Assembly: GCA_947495975.1 (NCBI GenBank) | Contig: CANMBE010000002.1 | Location: 14,433-78,432, forward strand | Length of the DNA stretch: 64,000 nucleotides | Source: Ignavibacteria bacterium | GTDB lineage: Bacteria > Bacteroidota > Ignavibacteria > Kapaibacteriales > Kapaibacteriaceae | Direction of reading: 5' to 3' | Shown: in pieces, positions 10,373-20,642 of the stretch | Layout of the letters: every line of letters begins with the position of its first letter | How positions within the stretch are numbered: position 1 is the first letter of the stretch | Notes under the pieces: model-generated | Told to the model about the DNA's origin: nothing | The model's input: the letters and a program-made list of their open reading frames with translations, nothing else | Database searches by the model: none | Position numbers and translations under genes: made by a program

Positions 10373-11368
10373 TTGGAGAAAACATTGAACGTACTTGTAA
10401 CCGGAGCAACCGGTTTTGTTGGTAGTCATGTTGTTGACGTCCTGCTTGAGCGTGGCCATACTGTTTCATACATCGCTCGTTCAACAAGCAATCTGCGTTG
10501 GCTGGCAGACAAACCTGCTACGCGCGTGGATGGGTCGTTGTTTGATAAAGAGTCGCTCCGTGCTGCTGTTGAACGAGCAGACATCATCATCCACGTTGCT
10601 GGATTGACAGCCGCAAAAAACGAAGCGGAGTTCCGCCGTGGCAATACAGAGGCTACACAAAATCTGATTGATGCAGCACGTGCGTATCGTCCGGGACTTG
10701 TGAGATTCGTGCATATTAGTTCACTGGCAGTGAGTGGCCCATCTCCCAATCTTGCGAATCCGGTAACAGAAGATTCGCCCTACAACCCAATCACGTCATA
10801 CGGTCGCACGAAACAATTGGCTGAACTGGCGGTGTTGGAAGCCACAGAGATCCCTTTCACAATCATTCGTCCACCAGCAGTGTATGGACCACGCGACTCT
10901 GCCATCTATACTTTCTTTCAAACAGTCAACAAGGGTCTTGCCACGTTTATTGGCTTCGACCAGAAGCGGCTCAGCTTAGTACATGTGCGCGATCTAGCGC
11001 GTGGCATCGTTGATGCAGCATTTTCACCGAAAACTATTGGTGAGACATATTTCATTTCTTCAGACGAATTCTACACGTGGCGCGAGATAGCCGAGCTTAC
11101 TGGTACTATTCTTGAGCGCCAACGACTTCTTCGCATTCGACTGCCCCATACACTTGTGTTGGGCATTGCGGGTATTGCTGGCTTCGTAGGTCGGATATCG
11201 GGAAAACCATCAGTACTGGACTATGAAAAAGGTGTTGATATCATTCAGTCGTTTTGGACCTGTAGTACAGAAAAAGCCAGAGCAGATTTTGGCTATCGCC
11301 AAGAAATATCTCTAGAAGAAGGGCTTCGCGATACAATTCGTTGGTACAAAGAGCAGAAGTGGCTATGA
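10373..11368 (+). CDS. NAD-dependent epimerase/dehydratase (extended SDR)
   Basis: VTGATGFVG Rossmann motif, YGRTK catalytic YxxxK, RPPAVYGPRD. Confidence 0.9.
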   Translation: MEKTLNVLVTGATGFVGSHVVDVLLERGHTVSYIARSTSNLRWLADKPATRVDGSLFDKESLRAAVERADIIIHVAGLTAAKNEAEFRRGNTEATQNLIDAARAYRPGLVRFVHISSLAVSGPSPNLANPVTEDSPYNPITSYGRTKQLAELAVLEATEIPFTIIRPPAVYGPRDSAIYTFFQTVNKGLATFIGFDQKRLSLVHVRDLARGIVDAAFSPKTIGETYFISSDEFYTWREIAELTGTILERQRLLRIRLPHTLVLGIAGIAGFVGRISGKPSVLDYEKGVDIIQSFWTCSTEKARADFGYRQEISLEEGLRDTIRWYKEQKWL

Positions 11369-13863
11369 ATCGGAGATGGATACAGGGGATTGTTGGTCTA
11401 GCAGTTACGTTCGCAGTGCTCATTGTATGTTTTGCATTTTTTGCCGTTCGGCTTGCAACACGGAGTCACCCTGTACCCTATTCAGAATCTCGTGTTTCGG
11501 TTTCTGACACCGTGCGGGTCTTTCGTAACAACTTTGGAATACCACACATTGTTGGAAGTTCGCTTGACGACGTGATGTTTGCGCAAGGATATGCACACGC
11601 ACAAGATCGACTCTGGCAAATGGATGTTTGGAGACGCACTGGTCGTGGTGAACTAGCTGCAGTGTTGGGACCATCGGTTATTCAAGTGGATGCCTTCATG
11701 CGCGCAATTGATATCAAGGGCATCGTTGAGCGCAACGCAAAGACAATAGATCCTACATCAAGACGAGTCCTTCAAGCGTATAGTAATGGTGTGAATGCCT
11801 ACCTGCGCGACAATGATGGCAAACTCCCTTTTGAATTTGATGCTTTGGAGTACGTCCCAAATGCATGGACAGTAGAGGATTGTCTTGTAGTAGGCCGAGC
11901 ATTGGCTTTTGAAATGAGTCTTGCTATGTGGACGGACATTGCATACGCACAGATTGCTTTCCAGCGTGGACAAAATGCATACAGCTCGTATGTACCGCAA
12001 GGACCCAATGCACCTTATGTCTTGGATACAACTCAGACGACACAGCGCGATACAACCTCGTCAGTCAGCAGCTCTGAGGTATTGTCGCGGCAAAACCGCA
12101 TGTTCGCAGGGGAACATCTTTTGGGTATGCAACAGCTCCTTTCAGACGTGCGAACGACGCTTGGTATGCATGGTTCTGGTTATGGGAGTAACTGTTGGGC
12201 TGTAAAGACAAAGAGTGGTTCCACCATAGTTGCAAACGACCCGCACCTCTCTGTTTCAATGCCTCCAAAATGGTATCAGATTCATCTCACTGCACCTGGG
12301 TACAATGTTACTGGGATGAGTATTCCAGGAATGCCACTCGTCTTCTCTGGACGCAACAATGATTTAGCATGGGGCTTTTCTAACGCCATGGTTGATGATG
12401 TGGACTACGTTGCAGAACGTATTGACCCAAAGAATCCAAATTATTATCTTGATTCTGATGGAAGTCGGTTAAAATTCAAATACCGACGAGATACAATTCA
12501 CATTAAGGATAGACCAGACTCGGTTATTGAATTGCGGTTTACGAGCAGATCCTGTGTGATATCAGATGTTCACCTTTTGCGAGACCCATCGTTGCTCTTT
12601 GGCATGCAACGCCAGATGTCGGCCAGGGTCCTTAATACATCGTGTTTAACAATGCGCTGGACAGCTCGGTATCGAAGTGACGAGATACTGGCGATGTATA
12701 AAATCAACACAAGCAAGACATTTGATGAAGTTGTAAGTGCAACACAGACGTGGATTGCGCCTGCACTGGTCATCAACGTTGGAACTGCCAAGGGCTCGGT
12801 AGGAATCGTTGTGGCTGGAGTAGTCCCCCGAAGAGGAAATTCTGATCCGCATTTACCAATTCCATCGTGGGATCTTGCTGCTGATTGGAATGGAGTTGTT
12901 TCACTTCGAAGTTTGGGTGTTCTCGTAAATCCAGCACGAGGATTTGTTGCTTCTGCCAATAATCGCATTTCGCCTCGATCTGATGTATTTATTGGAACAC
13001 TCTTTGAACCTGCTTCACGCGGACAACGCATACAGGAATTGTTGAAAGTGTATCGTAATCCAAGTGTGCGAGACGTACAAGTGATGCAACAAGATGTAGT
13101 GTCTCCCTACGCGCGTGCATTTCTGAAGCGCATTGTTCCTGTGCTCAAGCGTGGTGCTAATAGATATGGTGAATTCGAAAAGCACGCGCTTGCAACCCTT
13201 ACTCAGTGGGACGCTACGCAGTCTTCGCTTGATATAGGTGCGAGCATCTATGCAGCTCTTTTGCAGCGTATGATGTGGAACACTTTTGAAGATGAGCTTG
13301 GACAGCAATTGTATTATGACTGGTCCTTTGTAAGCAACATTCCTTTGAGGCGAATAGATGAATTGATTGACATCCCAACACATGAGCTCTGGGATGACAC
13401 GCGCACACCTCAGCGCGAAGACATGTCTTGGATTGCAATTCGATCATTCATCGAAGCCATTAGAGAATTACGAATGCATTTTGCAAGTGATAGAGATACT
13501 GCGTGGCGATATGGAACCCTTCATACGATCACATTCCCTCACCTCTTTGGTTCGAATGAATTGATGCGCCCCGTGATGAACCTCGGACCATTCGATATAC
13601 CAGGTAGTCAAACCACACTAAACAATACGGAGTGGAGCATCGCGCAGCCATACGCCACGAGAGTTGCATCGAGCATGAGAATAATCTCTGATATGGATGA
13701 CTCCGTGCAATACAGTGTGGTTCCTGGTGGTTGCTCCGGTGAGCCCCTTAGTGAACACTATGCGGATCAACTTCAATTATGGCTCAAAGGGGGCTATGTG
13801 CGAACTCCCGTAAAGGCAAAACCCGACGTTTCATTTCGTCTCTATCATGTCTTTGTGCCGTAA
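11365..13863 (+). CDS. Penicillin acylase family Ntn-hydrolase (S45), membrane-anchored
   Basis: GIPHI, AQGYAHAQDRLWQMD, G/SNCWAV nucleophile Ser, ANDPHL, SANNR. ATGA overlap with the upstream stop. Confidence 0.92.
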   Translation: MNRRWIQGIVGLAVTFAVLIVCFAFFAVRLATRSHPVPYSESRVSVSDTVRVFRNNFGIPHIVGSSLDDVMFAQGYAHAQDRLWQMDVWRRTGRGELAAVLGPSVIQVDAFMRAIDIKGIVERNAKTIDPTSRRVLQAYSNGVNAYLRDNDGKLPFEFDALEYVPNAWTVEDCLVVGRALAFEMSLAMWTDIAYAQIAFQRGQNAYSSYVPQGPNAPYVLDTTQTTQRDTTSSVSSSEVLSRQNRMFAGEHLLGMQQLLSDVRTTLGMHGSGYGSNCWAVKTKSGSTIVANDPHLSVSMPPKWYQIHLTAPGYNVTGMSIPGMPLVFSGRNNDLAWGFSNAMVDDVDYVAERIDPKNPNYYLDSDGSRLKFKYRRDTIHIKDRPDSVIELRFTSRSCVISDVHLLRDPSLLFGMQRQMSARVLNTSCLTMRWTARYRSDEILAMYKINTSKTFDEVVSATQTWIAPALVINVGTAKGSVGIVVAGVVPRRGNSDPHLPIPSWDLAADWNGVVSLRSLGVLVNPARGFVASANNRISPRSDVFIGTLFEPASRGQRIQELLKVYRNPSVRDVQVMQQDVVSPYARAFLKRIVPVLKRGANRYGEFEKHALATLTQWDATQSSLDIGASIYAALLQRMMWNTFEDELGQQLYYDWSFVSNIPLRRIDELIDIPTHELWDDTRTPQREDMSWIAIRSFIEAIRELRMHFASDRDTAWRYGTLHTITFPHLFGSNELMRPVMNLGPFDIPGSQTTLNNTEWSIAQPYATRVASSMRIISDMDDSVQYSVVPGGCSGEPLSEHYADQLQLWLKGGYVRTPVKAKPDVSFRLYHVFVP

Positions 13864-13923
13864 GACAGCGTAGTTCCGTAGTATTGCAGGTCTTTTTGTT
13901 TAACAAGAGTTTCTGAGAAACCC

Positions 13924-15408
13924 ATGTCCGTTACAAGTATTGTTGGTACGCGCAGATCGGTTAAAGCCGATGCCGTTGTTGTATTTGTCGCCCAGGGCGA
14001 AAAGCATTTTAAGACTTCTGAAAAGTCTCTCACATCAGAGATTCCTCATCTTACACCCGTGTTTGAGTCCAAGGATTTTACTGGCAAGGCACTTCAAACT
14101 GCACTAGCGTATGGTGGTTCCGCAACATCAGCATCTCGGATTATCCTTGTGGGTCTTGGAGACTTTGCAAGCGTTACACCTGAACGGTTTCGTCGCGCAG
14201 CAGCTATGGGTGCCAAACGAGCAGCATCAATTGGGTGTTCACATGTAGCCTTTGAGATTTCTACGATAAATGAACTTGACGCTGCATCAATAGCTCAAGC
14301 AGTTGTAGAAGGATCGATATTGAGTCAGTATCGTTTCGATAAATACAAGACGATTAAAGTAGATGGCACTGGTTCAGGAGTCAAGAAGGTTACTCTCTTT
14401 GCAGATAAAGCTCACCAAAAGGCAGTCGCAAGTGGAGCAAGCATTGGAGAGTGCATCGTTGATGGGGTTGTTTTAGCCAGAGACCTTGCCAATGCACCCA
14501 ACAATGAGATCTACCCAGAGACTCTTGCAAAGAGAGCCGCAGAAGCAGGACGTAAGGCTGGTTTCAAAACCACCGTCTTTAACAAAAAGAAAATCGAGGA
14601 ACTAAAAATGGGTGGGCTCCTTGGCGTTAATGCCGGAAGTGTTCGCCCCCCTGTGTTTATTGTTATGGAGTATCTCAAGGGACCAAAGAATGAGAAACCC
14701 CTTGTCCTTGTTGGCAAAGGAATCACATTCGATACGGGTGGTATTTCTATCAAACCTGCAGGTGGCATGAGTGACATGAAGAGCGACATGCATGGAGCTG
14801 CTTCTGTCATTGGAACAATGTATACAATTGCCAAACTTGGCCTAAAGCGGAACGTGATTGCGCTTGTTCCCTCAACAGAGAATATGCCAAGCGGCACGGC
14901 CTATGTTCCAGGCGATATCCTCACGTTTATGAATGGTAAGACAGCAGAGATTGACAACACAGATGCAGAGGGTCGGCTTGTATTGGCCGACGCGCTTTGT
15001 TATGCTGATCGATACAAGCCAAGCGCCGTTATTGACCTCGCAACTCTAACTGGCGCCTGTGTAGTGGCGCTTGGCACCGTAACGACAGGCATGATGGGAA
15101 CAGACGAAAAAACCAAGAATCGCTTGCGTCTTGCTGCCGATAAAACAAACGAATATGTATGTGAGCTACCTTTGTATGAGGAGTATGAAGAGCAGATATC
15201 GAGTGACTATGCAGATATCAAGAATTCAGGCGGCCGTAATGCTGGTGCAATAACAGCCGCGCTATTCCTGAAGCACTTCGTTTCATACCCATGGGTACAC
15301 CTCGATATCGCAGGTACAGGAATTCAACCAAAGTCGTCGCATTATACTACCAAAGGGGCTTCTGGAGTAGGCGTTCGCCTGCTCACTGAAATGCTCCGTC
15401 ATTGGTAA
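13924..15408 (+). CDS. pepA: Leucyl aminopeptidase (M17)
   Basis: GKGITFDTGG, MKSDM, NTDAEGRLVLAD, DLATLTGA, WVHLDIAG. Confidence 0.95.
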   Translation: MSVTSIVGTRRSVKADAVVVFVAQGEKHFKTSEKSLTSEIPHLTPVFESKDFTGKALQTALAYGGSATSASRIILVGLGDFASVTPERFRRAAAMGAKRAASIGCSHVAFEISTINELDAASIAQAVVEGSILSQYRFDKYKTIKVDGTGSGVKKVTLFADKAHQKAVASGASIGECIVDGVVLARDLANAPNNEIYPETLAKRAAEAGRKAGFKTTVFNKKKIEELKMGGLLGVNAGSVRPPVFIVMEYLKGPKNEKPLVLVGKGITFDTGGISIKPAGGMSDMKSDMHGAASVIGTMYTIAKLGLKRNVIALVPSTENMPSGTAYVPGDILTFMNGKTAEIDNTDAEGRLVLADALCYADRYKPSAVIDLATLTGACVVALGTVTTGMMGTDEKTKNRLRLAADKTNEYVCELPLYEEYEEQISSDYADIKNSGGRNAGAITAALFLKHFVSYPWVHLDIAGTGIQPKSSHYTTKGASGVGVRLLTEMLRHW

Positions 15409-15437
15409 ATGCAGGTTCACGGCCTACTTCTTATAAA

Positions 15438-16055
15438 ATGAGCAATATCGAGACCTTACGAAGAGACTTCGAAACCGAAGCGATTCCGCACATGTCGGCG
15501 CTGTATTCGTTTGCCATGCGCCTAACAAGAGATCCAGACGATGCGTCTGATCTTGTGCAGGAAACCTTCTTAAAAGGATTTCGCTTCTTCGATAAGTTTG
15601 AGCGTGGAACTAATTGCAAGGCATGGCTGTTCCGAATATTGAAGAATTCGTTTATCAACAAGTTTCGGCAGTCTGCAGGTGCGCCTGACCTGGTGAAGTA
15701 TGGTGATATAGAGGAGTTCTACGAGACAATCCGTGATAGCTCCGTACCTACGTCGGACTTGGAAGTTCAATTGTTTGACCAAACGCTTGATGATGAAGTC
15801 TCGCAGGCAATTAATGAACTTCCTATTGAGTTTCGAACTGTCCTCGTTTTATGTGACATTGAAGATTTTACCTACGCTGAGATTGCCGAGCATATTGATT
15901 GCCCTATTGGAACTGTTAGGTCACGACTGCACCGTGCCCGCAAGATCTTGGCTGGACGCCTTGCGTCCTATGCCATGGATCGTGGGTTTATAACGGCGCC
16001 GGGTGCATCTGGGACAACTACGTCTAACTATCCAATTGAGAGGGATGAAGAATGA
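15438..16055 (+). CDS. ECF sigma-70 factor (SigH/SigR-like)
   Basis: DASDLVQETFLKGF..FERGTNCKAWLFRILKNSFIN (region 2) and YAEIAEHIDCPIGTVRSRLHRAR (region 4). Confidence 0.92.
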   Translation: MSNIETLRRDFETEAIPHMSALYSFAMRLTRDPDDASDLVQETFLKGFRFFDKFERGTNCKAWLFRILKNSFINKFRQSAGAPDLVKYGDIEEFYETIRDSSVPTSDLEVQLFDQTLDDEVSQAINELPIEFRTVLVLCDIEDFTYAEIAEHIDCPIGTVRSRLHRARKILAGRLASYAMDRGFITAPGASGTTTSNYPIERDEE

Positions 16056-16930
16056 ATAGTAATCGTAACGACGAAGAGCGGTTAACCGCCTATTTGGATG
16101 GCGAGTTAACAGACCTCATTGAAATTTCTCAGGTAGAAGCCATGATTGCCTCAGATGCTATGATGCAGCGCGAGGTTCGTATTCTTGGTGCAATGAGGGC
16201 GCAACTTCGTAGTCGCCGCGCGGTTCTGCGCACATCGATTCCTGTAGACGTTGAGCGAGCCATCAGACTGAAACTAGGAGAGGAAGTCTCTAAAGCGGCC
16301 TCGGATATGGCAGGTAACGCCTCTCTCCGTAATCGTCTCGCTGGCTTTCTTGTACGTCCACTCTATACCGTTCCAGCGGCTCTCTTTTTGGCAATTGTCA
16401 TCACTGGCGTAGTGATGGTTGTAAACCGATCTGGTAAGTCAGGAACGAGAATCACAACCGGCGTAACAACCGCAGCCGCCTTTGAAATTACTTCTGCGGC
16501 ATACGCAAATTTTCAGGCGGTGGTTAGGGGCGAATTGAAGCTTGCACGTCAATCGTCTGATACCTCCGAGCTTCGGAAGTTCTTCCAAGATGAGGGTGTA
16601 GCATATGCTGTATTCTTCCCCGAGGTTGCGGCCGAATTGAAAGGTGGAGTTGTTTCTATTCACGGCAACAAGAGATATGCACACCTTGTGTATGGGGCTG
16701 GCAAACATATGGTGTACCTTATGGAGGTAGATGTGCCATCCATAAACAGCGGCGAGGTTTCACTGTCATCAAATGTTGCGCAAGATGTACGAGACAGCAA
16801 GTGGCATTGGCAAGAGCGTGATGGAATTGGCACATTGTTTGTTTGGAAAAACAATACTGTAATGTGTTCCGCCGTCTCAGACCTTGGCACACAAGATTTC
16901 TCTGCACTTTTTCGCCTCGAGACCCTGTAA
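16052..16930 (+). CDS. Transmembrane anti-sigma factor
   Basis: ATGA-coupled to the sigma gene. N-terminal LTAYLDGEL anti-sigma motif, one TM helix, extracytoplasmic domain. Confidence 0.8.
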   Translation: MNSNRNDEERLTAYLDGELTDLIEISQVEAMIASDAMMQREVRILGAMRAQLRSRRAVLRTSIPVDVERAIRLKLGEEVSKAASDMAGNASLRNRLAGFLVRPLYTVPAALFLAIVITGVVMVVNRSGKSGTRITTGVTTAAAFEITSAAYANFQAVVRGELKLARQSSDTSELRKFFQDEGVAYAVFFPEVAAELKGGVVSIHGNKRYAHLVYGAGKHMVYLMEVDVPSINSGEVSLSSNVAQDVRDSKWHWQERDGIGTLFVWKNNTVMCSAVSDLGTQDFSALFRLETL

Positions 16931-17478
16931 TGAAAAATGCATTAGCCCTCGTAAGCTTGGTCTTCATTGTCCTCATAGCCACTGTTTGTACAAGTGGCAC
17001 GTCGCAAACCACAACCGTGGCGGCCAGAGTATTTGCCGTAGAGTCCGTTTCAAAAAGAGTTGACACCAAGGCCGTTGACTTTACATGGAAAGAAGGTGGC
17101 AAAACCATTTCCTTCTCTGAGTTTACAAAAGGCAAGGTTGTATTGCTGAACATTTGGGCTACGTGGTGTGGACCGTGCAGACGTGAAGTGCCAGACCTCG
17201 TTGCTCTTTCAAATGAACTTGCATCAAAGGGCGTGGTTGTTTTTGGTGTTAGTGTTGATCATAAAGATGATCGTTTGCAGCTTGTAAAAACATTTTGTGA
17301 ACGAATGGGAATTCCATACATAAACATCATTGACAATCTAGAGATTGCAGATGGGTACGGTAAGATTCAATCCATCCCTACGACCTTTATCATTGACCGT
17401 CAAGGAAATGTAGTCCAGAGAATCACGGGGTCGCAATCGAAGGAAGCCTTCCTAGCAGCATTGCAGAAGGCTATGTGA
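16930..17478 (+). CDS. TlpA/ResA-like thiol-disulfide oxidoreductase
   Basis: N-terminal hydrophobic anchor; LNIWATWCGPCRREVP; IPTTFIID. TAATG overlap with the upstream stop. Confidence 0.92.
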   Translation: MKNALALVSLVFIVLIATVCTSGTSQTTTVAARVFAVESVSKRVDTKAVDFTWKEGGKTISFSEFTKGKVVLLNIWATWCGPCRREVPDLVALSNELASKGVVVFGVSVDHKDDRLQLVKTFCERMGIPYINIIDNLEIADGYGKIQSIPTTFIIDRQGNVVQRITGSQSKEAFLAALQKAM

Positions 17479-17485
17479 TCCGTCG

Positions 17486-18787
17486 TTAGCTCCAAATATC
17501 AATGACTAGTGACGGCTCCTGCACAACAGGAGCCGCTGTTATTTTTACGATGGAGTGTAGTTGAGCTGCTAACACATCTCTCTTGGTATCATCAGATGCA
17601 TAAGCAAGTGCAATGGTATCACCTGACCGGACTTCACTACCTGCTGAGTGCAATAGTCGTACACCTGCAGCATGGTCAATGAAATCACTCTCTACAAAGC
17701 GGCCTGCTCCAGCGTCTATAGTGGCAAGGGCAAGTGAACGCGCGTCAACCTCACCAATATATCCATCTGTCGCTGCTACAATTTCAGCAGGGATCAAAGT
17801 AGAATAGTAGGCCACACTCTCATTCCAACTACCGCCTTGTCTAGCGATCATTTGATGAAATACAGAATGAGCCATTTTAGACTTCCACACACCTGCAACT
17901 GTGTTCCTTGCATCCGCAATTGACGTTGCAACCTTTCCTAGCAATACCATTTGAGCAACGAGTTCGATGGTAATTTCTTGAAGCCCCTTTTCAGCTGATG
18001 TAGCAAGCGCCAGTTCTGCTTCTTCAATCTCTAACCAGTTGCCAATAGTCATGCCAATGGGCGCATCCATTCGGCTAAACACAAACGTTACGGGTAAACC
18101 AACCTCACTACATACTGCTTGCATAGACTCCGCTAGCGCACAAGCCTCGCCCAGAGTGTTCATAAATGCAGCGCGGCCAACCTTCATGTCCATTACAAGC
18201 CCATCGAGACCTTCTACAATTTTCTTGCTGAGAATAGATGCTGTTATGAGCCCTACATTTTCTACGGTACCGGTTACATCTCGCAGCGCATACATGATCC
18301 TATCCGCGGGCACTAACTCGTGCGTTTGGCCAGCCATAAAGAGATTGTGGTGTTGCAGGAAACTCTCCATCTCTTCTATCGAAAGACCCGTTCTGAATCC
18401 GCGGACACTTTCTAGTTTGTCTAATGTCCCGCCCGTGTGCCCCAGTCCTCGTCCACTTATCATGGGCACACTCAGACCACACGCAACGGCCAGTGGGGCT
18501 AGAAGGAGTGAGACCTTGTCTCCTACCCCACCTGTTGAATGTTTATCGATTCGTGGTTGCTGGGAAAGCCCCCTAACAATGTGGGCCCCCGAATTTGCCA
18601 TTGCAAGTGTCAGAGCGGCGGTCTCCTGCACGGTTAGTCCGCGCGTACAGGCTGCCATGAGAAAAGCTGCTATTTGAGGCTGACTCACTCGTTCTGTGAC
18701 CATTCCCTCTACAAAGCTGCTCATCTCGTGTTTGGTCCACGGAGCCCCTTCCTTTTTCTGACGCAGTAATTCTTTCGTGCTCTTCAT
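17486..18787 (-). CDS. deoA: Thymidine/pyrimidine-nucleoside phosphorylase
   Basis: DKHSTGGVGDK, SGRGLGHTGGTLDKLES, ASILSKK. Start chosen at MKSTKELL (18787). Confidence 0.9.
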   Translation of the reverse strand: MKSTKELLRQKKEGAPWTKHEMSSFVEGMVTERVSQPQIAAFLMAACTRGLTVQETAALTLAMANSGAHIVRGLSQQPRIDKHSTGGVGDKVSLLLAPLAVACGLSVPMISGRGLGHTGGTLDKLESVRGFRTGLSIEEMESFLQHHNLFMAGQTHELVPADRIMYALRDVTGTVENVGLITASILSKKIVEGLDGLVMDMKVGRAAFMNTLGEACALAESMQAVCSEVGLPVTFVFSRMDAPIGMTIGNWLEIEEAELALATSAEKGLQEITIELVAQMVLLGKVATSIADARNTVAGVWKSKMAHSVFHQMIARQGGSWNESVAYYSTLIPAEIVAATDGYIGEVDARSLALATIDAGAGRFVESDFIDHAAGVRLLHSAGSEVRSGDTIALAYASDDTKRDVLAAQLHSIVKITAAPVVQEPSLVIDIWS

Positions 18788-18794
18788 AGGTTTG
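18787..18794 (+). promoter_or_regulatory. Bacteroidota-type -7 promoter element TAGGTTTG, 4 nt before the ATG at 18799
   Basis: Exact TAnnTTTG match. The same geometry recurs at three other genes. Confidence 0.7.
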
Positions 18795-18798
18795 CATA

Positions 18799-19560
18799 AT
18801 GAATGAAATACTACCTCGCTGTCCACATAATCTACGAAATGCAATCCGAGAGCTTCATCGCAGCTCGCACAGAGAGGACGTACGTCAGTTTATCGTTGAA
18901 GGTCCTCATGCATGTGGGGATCTACTACAGGCCAATATCCTTCCAATTGCCGTAATTCTCCGTGATGACGCAACGCAAGATAGTCAGTTCATTTCTCGTG
19001 GTTTTAGCGCTCTAGGCGTTGATGTTTTTGCCTGTGGCGCCAAGGATATGGAACTGATGGCCGATGCATCGGCACCTCAGGATATCTTGATCCTCGCACG
19101 CTACTTTTTTGAGCGTCCCGTTGGATCGCGCGTGGTTGTTTTGGACGGGGTTTCTGACCCAGGCAATGTAGGATCCATTATTCGATCTGCTTGCTGGTTT
19201 GGGTGTACTGATGTAGTTCTTGGAGAGGGGTGCGCAGACGTTTACAATCCCAAGGTAGTTCGGTCCTCTGCCGGAGCACTCACAAGGGTGAACATCCTGA
19301 GGCGGCAATCGCTTATCGAATTGGTTGCTACGCTAGTGGATCGTCCTATTATAGCCGCGGTTGCCCACGGGGGTGGTTCGTCAAACCAATTGCAGGGGCT
19401 GAAGTCATTTGCGATTATGATAGGATCAGAGGCGCATGGTCTCCAACGTGCGCTCATAGACCTTGCAACGGTGCGTGTTACAATACCTGGTGGCAACGGC
19501 ACGGAATCGTTAAATGCGGCAATTGCCACTTCAATCATGCTGTATGAGGCCACAAAGTGA
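18799..19560 (+). CDS. TrmH/SpoU family RNA 2'-O-methyltransferase
   Basis: DGVSDPGNVGSIIRSA, IGSEAHGL, ESLNAAIA SPOUT motifs. Confidence 0.92.
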   Translation: MNEILPRCPHNLRNAIRELHRSSHREDVRQFIVEGPHACGDLLQANILPIAVILRDDATQDSQFISRGFSALGVDVFACGAKDMELMADASAPQDILILARYFFERPVGSRVVVLDGVSDPGNVGSIIRSACWFGCTDVVLGEGCADVYNPKVVRSSAGALTRVNILRRQSLIELVATLVDRPIIAAVAHGGGSSNQLQGLKSFAIMIGSEAHGLQRALIDLATVRVTIPGGNGTESLNAAIATSIMLYEATK

Positions 19561-20642
19561 CCAAGCGTGTATTTGCGCCAGGCCCAGTTCCGGTGCCTCC
19601 AGACGTGATGGAGGCATGTGCACGGCCTGTTCTACACCATCGGAGTTCAGAATTCAAAGAGCTCTCGCAACATATTTGGAAAAACCTTCAAACAGTTTTC
19701 TGTACAATCAATCCAGTCCTCGTACTTGCGGGGAGTGGAATGTCTGGAATAGAGGCATGTATTGCCTCCACTGTAGCACCGGGCGACAAGGTCTTGGTAA
19801 TCCGTCACGGACGGTTTGGCGAGCGACTTGCCGAGATCAATAGACGTTATGGAGCAACAGTCATCGAACTCAGTGTTGAATGGGGTGAAACAGTTTCGAT
19901 TGAGTTGATTGAAAATTGCCTGCGAGAAGAAGCCAACATCTCTACTGTTTGGCTCGTGCACAGCGAAACCTCAACTGGTGTTGCCTTGGATCTGGAATCT
20001 GTTTCAGCAGTGGTCCATCGGTATGCACCAGACGCTCTACTGATGGTTGATGCCGTTCTCAGCATTGCGATACAAGAAGTTCAGACAGACCGTTGGAAGC
20101 TCGATGCCGTTGTCACAGGAATTCAAAAGGGGCTTATGTGTCCGCCTGGGCTTGCATGCCTATCCATCAGTGATCGGTTCATTGACCGGTTGAAGTATCG
20201 AGAGTCTCGTTCGTATACATTAGACCTCAAAGTTGTTTTGAAAGACCATCAGTGCGGTCTCTTTACCTGGACGCCTCCGGTGTCATTGATTGCAGGACTT
20301 CATGTTGCGCTAACGAATATTTGTCGTCGTGGATTACCAGAAGTTTGGGCACATCACACAGAACTGTCGGATTCCGTTCGGCAAAATGTAGAACTTCGCG
20401 GGATGGCGCTGTTTGGAACGTCAAACGCAAAGGGCGTAGTTGTGCTCGAGCACCCACAATCTTCCGATATCATTCGCCAACTTGACCGTGTCCATAATAT
20501 GATCGTAATCGGTGGTCAGGACCAACTTGATAATCGTGTTATTCGTATTGGCACGTGTGGGTCGTATACAATTGAAATGATGAATGAACTTTTTGATGCG
20601 ATCGATAACGTGCTTTCTCTACCCATGAAGCCCCTTCCATGA
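19557..20642 (+). CDS. Class V PLP aminotransferase (alanine-glyoxylate/serine-pyruvate family)
   Basis: PGPVPVP, VHSETSTGV, VDAV, GIQKGLMCPPGL (PLP Lys). Confidence 0.9.
   Translation: MTKRVFAPGPVPVPPDVMEACARPVLHHRSSEFKELSQHIWKNLQTVFCTINPVLVLAGSGMSGIEACIASTVAPGDKVLVIRHGRFGERLAEINRRYGATVIELSVEWGETVSIELIENCLREEANISTVWLVHSETSTGVALDLESVSAVVHRYAPDALLMVDAVLSIAIQEVQTDRWKLDAVVTGIQKGLMCPPGLACLSISDRFIDRLKYRESRSYTLDLKVVLKDHQCGLFTWTPPVSLIAGLHVALTNICRRGLPEVWAHHTELSDSVRQNVELRGMALFGTSNAKGVVVLEHPQSSDIIRQLDRVHNMIVIGGQDQLDNRVIRIGTCGSYTIEMMNELFDAIDNVLSLPMKPLP

Noticed and set aside
13891-13921. Two short palindromes before pepA (TTGTTTAACAA, GTTTCTGAGAAAC)
   Set aside because: The arms are only 5-6 bp in AT-rich sequence, which is compatible with chance.
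18039-18677. 212-aa plus-strand ORF
   Set aside because: Antisense shadow of deoA with no motifs.
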